64,000 nucleotides of DNA from Octopus sinensis (lineage: Eukaryota). How positions within the stretch are numbered: the stretch's first letter is position 1; every line of letters begins with the position of its first letter. The stretch covers positions 70,804,001 to 70,868,000 of the forward strand of contig NC_043001.1 of assembly GCF_006345805.1 (NCBI RefSeq), given 5' to 3'. This document shows positions 55,911-64,000 of the stretch, one piece after another. A model generated the notes under the pieces. It was not told the DNA's origin and did not search any database. It saw only the letters and a program-made list of their open reading frames with translations. A program made the translations under genes and the position numbers.

Positions 55911-57017
55911 TGTATGTGTGTGTGCGTGAGTGTGTGTTAAGAGAGAGAGGGGGAGATGGGGGTATACAGACACACAGACAGATTGTGCGTGAGTGAGTGA
56001 TAAACCTGATTATGTTATTGAAGATATTCACAGAACTCATTTTTCAAGAGTAGAAAATTTTATATTCGACGATTTTTAACCAAATGACCAGTACGTTTCA
56101 ACATTTTTCTTCGTAGTAAATGAAGTAAGTAACAAATGAAATCCGTTCTATAAAATAATGAGGAAATGTGGCGAAAAACCTGTATAAAACTAGGAGAAAA
56201 TGTGTTTAACAAAATGACTTGAGATGAAAAGAAGTGGAGAGCAAATGAGAAAAGGAACAAAGGGAAAGTGAAAGAAGAAATAAGAAGACGAAAGAGGAGG
56301 ATACGGGAAAATGAAAGAGAAAAGAAAGTAGGAAGAAAGGAATTATGACTGTTAGATGCCAATAAGAGAACAATGCTCTAAAACAATCGCAAATATGTCG
56401 ACTCTATTATATGCAGATGAGAGTTATGGTGCCGTGAATTTAAGATTCCCCCCCCCCAAAAAAAAAAGCATTAAGGTAGCTGATGGGGCAATGTATTCAG
56501 AAACAATGACAATTTAACTAGAACAAGAGAAAAATTCAATGCGGCTAATGGGAGATTTTATGCTGTAGGGACGGAAGTGTTGCGCAGAGACAGATAGTTC
56601 AGATTCTCATAAAAAAATTAAAAGGAAAGACTAGTGTCTGAAACATAAGTCAAAATTCGAAGCTTAAGAAGTAAAGGTGAAGTTGGAAATTCATAAATAT
56701 AATAAAATAAAACAAGAGATTGAGGCATTTTCTGCTGCATTCTCTTTTTCCCATCTCTTTAAAAATATGCGTGTGTGCGATGGCGCGCATGTATGCGTAT
56801 AAACAGATATATATATATATATATATATACATACATACACGCATCAATGCATATTGATGCTTCCTTTTATGTCGAGTTATAATAAAAACAATTAGAAGTT
56901 AAACTGAAGGATTACTCAAAACATTTATAGAGAACCTATATTTTTTACAAGTGTGTTAAACGTGAGTTTCGTCCCTGTTTAGCTTTCATCGCAATATATA
57001 TATATATAATATATATA

Positions 57018-57048
<31 letters not shown>

Positions 57049-57237
57049 GCGAGAGAGAGAGAGAGAGAGAGGGGAGAGGGAGAGGTGCTGGCGTAGTAAC
57101 AAATTTGCTTCTCAAACACAAGGTTCCCAGTTCAGTCCCAATGAGTTGCGACTTGAGGGAGCGTCTCCTACATATTGATGTGAAACATATACGCATATAT
57201 TCATACACACGCATATATACATCCTCACACACATATG

Positions 57238-57268
<31 letters not shown>

Positions 57269-57335
57269 GTATGTATACATATATATACATATATACATAA
57301 TATACATTACACAAACACATATATATAATTCATAC

Positions 57336-57397
<62 letters not shown>

Positions 57398-57435
57398 CTG
57401 TGTGTGTGTGTTTGTGTGTATGTGTATGTATGTGT

Positions 57436-57478
<43 letters not shown>

Positions 57479-57489
57479 TGTGTAATAAC

Positions 57490-57980
57490 TGCTTTACATC
57501 AATGACCTCAAAAATATATGCAAAAATAGAAAAACCATGGACTCTTCATCCAAACTAAGAATATTCAACAAAAATATTTGACTGCAGCTTCAACGTTAAG
57601 TGCGCACTAATAACTATGGATAAAGGCCGAAAACTAAACTCTGATGGCATAACATTAGACAGCATGAGATCACTGTGGAATAATGACGGCTGCAGATACC
57701 TATGGGAACTGCATGACGTTAAGACAGCGGAAGGAGATACGGACATAAATTTCCAATTTCAAAAAGTACAATTAGTAAGGTGCTCGGAACAAAATGATAT
57801 GAAGGGAATATCATTAAGGTAAGAAATACATGGACTATAGTAGTATAAAAATACACTTCGCTTTTTATAAAATGGACAAAAGTCAAGTTACAGGAAGCAG
57901 CTCACAATGCGCAAAGCATACCGCCTAAAAATAATACTGGCATTCTATATCTACCAAAACGTTAGGCGGCAAGAGGATTT
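57490..57980 (+). pseudogene. Highly decayed RT remnant resembling the element at 62.4-64 kb
   Basis: CTTTACATCAATGACCTCAAA (LYINDLK, compare LYMDDLK) and downstream traces roughly parallel to 63340-63830. Confidence 0.45.
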
Positions 57981-58046
57981 CCATTGTTTTTATTATCCAA
58001 AAGAGTGGTATCATATCGTATGCTTCATTATTATTATTATTATTAC

Positions 58047-58108
<62 letters not shown>

Positions 58109-59934
58109 TATTATTATTATTATTCAGTCGCCTTATTTATAATAACAATAATAATCACTATTACAGCTTAATTTTTAAAAGTTAATTTTTTTTTAAAATT
58201 AATCTGTAATCAGAAAGAATGATGGCAGACTCTTATTAAACCGTGAAATATCCACGGAATGAACTAATTAGATATCGTATATTCCATTTTGTCTTGCTGT
58301 TGATTACATAATTATTGTTAACCTCTAGTTCTATGATAACATTTTATTTTGTTCCTAAATATTGATCTTTTACATCGAACAAAACCTTCCGATTTTGCCT
58401 TTGGTCAGGAACTATCATGGAATTCTTGATTTCATATTACTTGAATCATTCTCTGTCAAGTTTTTACACTCGTCTACAAAAGGAGAGATTTTTTTCTCGC
58501 TTCATTCTTGCTTTTTGCGATATTCTTGAAACTTTCTTCACTTGTTTTGTATATTCTTTACTTGTTTGGTTTGTCTCATTCCACATGACTTACATTGATG
58601 TATTTAGCTCTAAGCTTAGAAACTATTGATCTTTATATATAGAATAAATATTTTACATCATGCATCTCCCTCATTCTATTTAAAACATTATCTGAAACAC
58701 TTTATTTTGTAATAGTTAACTACTGGAATCAAGCCTCAAACGTTTCTTAAGTGTGAAGTAGACGGAAACTGTATGGAAGCTCGTCGTACACACAAACACA
58801 CATATATGATGCTTGTGTGTGTGTGTATGTTTCTGTTAGTGTTTGTCCCGACCAACATTTGATAACCAGTGCTGGTTTGTTTACATCCCTGAAATCTAAT
58901 GTTTCGGCAATATAGACGAACAGAATAAGTACAAGGCTTGAAAAACAAAGAAGTACCGGCGATTATTTGTTCGGTTAAACCAATGAAGGCGCTGCCCAAG
59001 TATGATTGCATATCATACCTATAGCAGTTTGAAGGGGGCGCATCCAAACGCAGTAAGTGGTTTTCTAGTTTCTTAATCAAAGCTTTTCATTTCACTTTTC
59101 AATTATTGTACTGAAGTTGCTGGTTATGAATAAGATGGTTAATAATGCATCTATCTACACACTTAATATTATCTCGGGTACACAGATGATCTGACTGACT
59201 CCCACCAAGGTTGACGTTGTCTTTCATCTTTTCGGGATCAATAAATTAACTACCAGTTTAGTACTGAGGTCGATATTTTCGACTATTCCGCTCCCCCAAA
59301 TTTGAGACCTTGTGCCTATGGTAGAAAGAATTATGAATCTGACTAAGTGTAAGTGATTATCTGGCAGAATTGCTAGCACACCGGACAAAATGCTTAGTGG
59401 CAATTCATCTGTATTTATGTCCTGAGTTCAAATTCTTCTGAGGTTGACTTTGGTTTCAAATATTTGGGGTCGATGTAATAAGTGCTAATCAAGTACTGGG
59501 GTCGATGTAATCAACTACCTATCTCGATAATTGCTGGCCTTGTGCCGAAATTTAATAACATTGTTAGTTTAACAGTTGTGTAGTAGTCTTTTATTTCTAG
59601 TTCTTTCCGTTCTCTTTTGTATATCATGAATCGCATTTATTCCAAAGCACTTGTATGTGAAATTCTGTTCCAATTCTTTCATTCCGGTATCTAAATCTAA
59701 CTTTATTTTCAGATGTGTTTATTAAGCTTCATTTTGTTAGAATAGAAAACTCTGAACCTATAGCACAATCCCGTAGACAATTTAATTATTGAAATGCTAC
59801 TCCATATCAGTTCAGATGCAACCAAAGCAGTCGATCGATGAGTTCGATCTGAGTAAGAAAAATCATTTATCTTTAGCCTTTATCTTTTACTGTTCCAGTT
59901 ATTGGACCCCAGCCATGCTGAATATGACGAACAT

Positions 59935-60075
59935 TACCTCACATCCAATCTTCACCCTGTTTCTCTTCTGTTGGCAGGGGACGACTATACCCGACAGGTT
60001 GAAACATGTCAATATTGTCACAATCTGCAAGCGCAGAGGAGACTGTGTGGAGTGTGAGTGTCGACGAGGAGATAC
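59935..60075 (+). pseudogene. RTE-like LINE RT fragment
   Basis: LFLFCWQGTTIPDRLKHVNIVTICKRRGDCVEC resembles the W..G.IP......IV.L.K.KGD..C motif that precedes YRGISL in RTE/CR1 RTs. Confidence 0.6.
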
Positions 60076-62060
60076 TGCGTCGGATAAACTTGGCTTCTGA
60101 AAACGAGTCTTATGGGTGTTTTTCAGTGCTGATAAAGCGTATATAAAATATCTTTTACTTGTTGATCTGGATATTTAATTTTCAAACACAAACGGTGATC
60201 GTTTTACCTTTCATGCATCTTATATGTGTGGTATTTATCAATGGCATTAATATAAAAGTCTCGCAGAAGTAAAAGAATCGTAGACTATATTTTTAAATGA
60301 CGTTAGCACTCTGAATTCAAGTACCGTCGGTTGGATCTGCACTTCATTTTCCCTAAGTCAATAGAGTCAGTTGCAGTTATTCAATGAAATTGTTCATTGA
60401 TCGATAAATGAGCGGATTATTAATATTTTATCATTCCGGGAATTATGTATAAAATCAGAAGAATTATTTGAAACATTTTACGATTTTTTATATGAATATA
60501 AAATTTTAGCCTACTCTGTGTAGGATCTAATGATAGAAGGAACAAACAACAGCTATTTTGTGTTTTAATGAAATGAGAGTTTGGCATGGACGACGCCACT
60601 CTAAACTGAAAACGGCTAATGATATAATGCTGAAAGACATATTGAATGGAAGAACATGCTATGACATCGATAATTTTATGTTTGGAAACGCCAGAAACAA
60701 AACCAAAAAACATGCTCTCACAAAGAATGACATTATTTCATTCTGACAAGAATGAATTCTATCCATTTGTGAATGGCATGCGAGATGACAGAATACAATA
60801 CACAAATAATAGTTCTAAGATCTGAAGAAATCAATGTCTGAGAGGAATAAATGTTCAATGTGATTTGACAGAAATTTAGTGAAGCCCAAAATTGAAAAAA
60901 AAATGTATTTCCTGTGATATATGTGGTGTCAGTCAAAAAAAGAGATCCTTGTTTTCCTTAACAGACTAGACGAGCCATGTGGCCCCTCTGGATGCTAGCT
61001 ATAGCAGCCAAAATATAAAATATTAACTTCTTATATAACTTCTTTGATTGATTACTAAGTATATAAAATTATGTTTAAATATCAAAGAAAAATATAGGTT
61101 TTAATTCCCTCAAATATCAGTCAACTTTCTTACAAAACAGATTGACGTGTATATTTTTGGCCAGTAGATCATAACATAGGGGATGGTTGCAGCTATATTG
61201 CGGTTGATCAATGGCCAGCTTGATTAAGAGAAGCCTTGGGTTAAATAGAAATTATCGAATGGTATACTTTGTTGTGGATGAGGACTAAGAGGGTGGAGAC
61301 AGTGATAACAATTACCTGAAATATACATAGGAGGGAACTTATCATTTGTGGTCAGTGACAGAACAACTACGCTTAAGTTCTCCTATTATCAAGAGGTTCT
61401 ATCTATGGTTGCTTCATCATATTTACAGACAATGCACCACGTATCAGGTCGTTTTTAAGAATGTAGGGTGTAATATCTGTTAAACTTGGCTGCTATTTTA
61501 GTAGCCTGGTGGTCTTGGCTTGCTAGGAGTAATATAAATGTGATATCCATATATAGAAGAATGACAATGTGCAAACGTTAATAATCATCCTCATAATAAT
61601 ATACAATTCATACATGAAACACTAACCAATTTTGGATCTGTATAATATCTAAGTATATTATTTTGGTTGAGTACCTCAAAGTAGACGTATATTTTCAGAT
61701 ACGCATCATGCTGAAACGCACGTTATGCAAACCCTTGGAAAGCAGCGTCTACGCTACTTATGGTAATTATATGACGATGTAATTCTTTATATTATTGTTG
61801 TATTGAATATATATATTTAATGAAGAATACAGAGTTGTAATTCTTTAAATTATATGTAATAAAATGCATTTTAAATTTACATTCCGGAATGTGTTTTTGC
61901 TGACAATCGTATATATCTTTATTCAACGCATCTCCCATGCGAGAGGGACAAGCTTCATAAAGTCGACCTTGGTGGAATTTGAACATTGAACGTAAAGGTA
62001 AATGAAATACCGCAATGAATTTTCACAGGCGTCCCTACGATTCTGACCGGTCGCTGCTTC

Positions 62061-62356
<296 letters not shown>

Positions 62357-64000
62357 AAAGCACAAAGGATCCGCCGGTATGAGAAACGCCAACGTTACTT
62401 TGAACAAAACAAACAGTTCAACTCCAACCCCAAAAAGTTCTACCAAGAACTTGGCAAAAATAAAATACACATCACTGCAGCACCAACGGCAGAAGAAGTG
62501 GAAGAATTCTGGAAAGAAATACGGTCGGCGAAAGAACAACCAAAAGAAAGGAGTATTAAAACAACAAACTCAGCATCTGAGCAACTTTGGATCCCCATAA
62601 CAACTGAAGAAGTCACCCAGGCACTGCAAAGACTAAGCAACTGGAAGGCACCTGGGCATGACAAGATCCCCAACTTCTGGTTGAAATATCTTACAGGAAT
62701 GCACAAAAAGCTGGCTGAAAACTTTAACCACATACTGGCAGAGCCAGAGACAATGCCTGAATGGCTCACGAAGGGGAAAACCATCTTAATTCCCAAATCC
62801 AATGAGACAGCAAAACCAGAAAACTACAGACCAATAACCTGTCTCCCTACAATATACAAACCATTTACTGCAGTAATATCACAAAGAGTAAACAAGCACC
62901 TGGACGAAAACAACCTTTTTTCTAGAAGAGCAGAAAGGATGCCGCAAAGGCTCATATGGCTGTAAAAATCAACTAATGATCAATAAAGCCATAACTGAAG
63001 ACAGCCACGGAAAGAAGAAAGGCCTCAGTATGGCCTGGATTGACTACACAAAGGCGTTTGATAGCATCCCCCACACATGGATCCTCGAAACACTAGCCAT
63101 TAGCAAAGTAACACCAACAATTATAAAATACATAGGACACTCTATGAATAAATGGCAAACAGTGCTACAGCTCCAAACAAAAGGGGGACTCGTGAAAACC
63201 AAAGCTATCCCCATTAGAAGAGGAATATTCCAGGGAGACACGCTCTCTCCACTCCTTTTCTGCTTGGCAGTGTCACCTCTATCTGATATGCTAAACAGAA
63301 CCGGATGCGGATATAAATGTTACGGCAAAACGATCAGCCACCTTTTATATATGGATGACCTAAAACTACACGCTACAAATGACAAACAACTGGAAATACT
63401 ACTAACGACAGTTCATGGATTCACCAAAGAAATAGATATGAAATTTGGATTAGAAAAATGCGCCAAAGTAACCCTGAAAAGAGGAAAACTACTTAAGAGT
63501 AGCAACATCACACTAGATTAAGCCAATGAAATAAGAGAATTAGACCAAAGTCAAACTTACAAATATGTAGAAATCCATGAACTAGGTAAGACACAACATA
63601 CACAAATGAAAGAGAAAATAAAAAAGAATACTATAGACGATCTAAAAACAGATCTCAATGCTAAAAACAAGATAATAGGTATTAACACTTTAGCCGTCCC
63701 AGTTATAATTTACAGCTACAATATCCTTAACTGGACGCTAAATGAACTATCTAAAATAGATAGGAAAAAAATTAAAATACTGACAGGATCTAGGATGCAT
63801 CACCCAAAATCTGACATAGAAAGGCTGTATATATACAAGGTAAAGAAGGTGACAGAGGCCTTATAAAGCTGGAAAACTACTATAAAATAACTCTGCAAAA
63901 ATATCTACTTCAGAAGCAGTGGTTGAGAAGCTCAGGACTCAAAGCAGAGACAGATGGATTTTTAATTGCAGCAAAATACCAAAGCCTCCTCAACAGAACT
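62357..64000 (+). mobile_element. 5'-truncated, disrupted non-LTR retrotransposon RT (R4/Dong-like), continuing beyond the window
   Basis: WKAPGHDKIPNFWLK, NYRPITCLPTIYK, EQKGC (frameshifted), WIDYTKAFDSIPH, GIFQGDTLSPLLF, HLLYMDDLKL, FGLEKC; several frameshifts and stops. Confidence 0.92.

Overview
AT-rich eukaryotic, apparently non-genic DNA saturated with (TA)n/(CA)n/(TAA)n microsatellites. The SINE repertoire looks like that of an octopus (coleoid cephalopod); this is inferred from recall, not from a search. No intact host gene is recognisable and most listed ORFs are microsatellite artefacts. Identifiable elements are three decayed mariner transposons, a pogo/Tc1-type MITE, two non-autonomous Helitrons (one with a PIF1 helicase remnant), many tRNA-derived SINEs, and a disrupted R4/Dong-like RT running off the right end. 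The most striking signal is a set of non-coding, often foldback (long inverted repeat) elements, many anchored in (TA)n tracts. About ten of their copies carry minimal hammerhead ribozyme motifs (C[T/C]GANGA-stem II-GAAA-palindrome-TH) of the kind known from Penelope-like elements, and the helix-III palindrome differs from element to element. Several unidentified stop-poor minus-strand coding-like fossils also occur (about 21.3-29.2 kb and 3.0-3.3 kb). All coordinates and alignments were read by eye.
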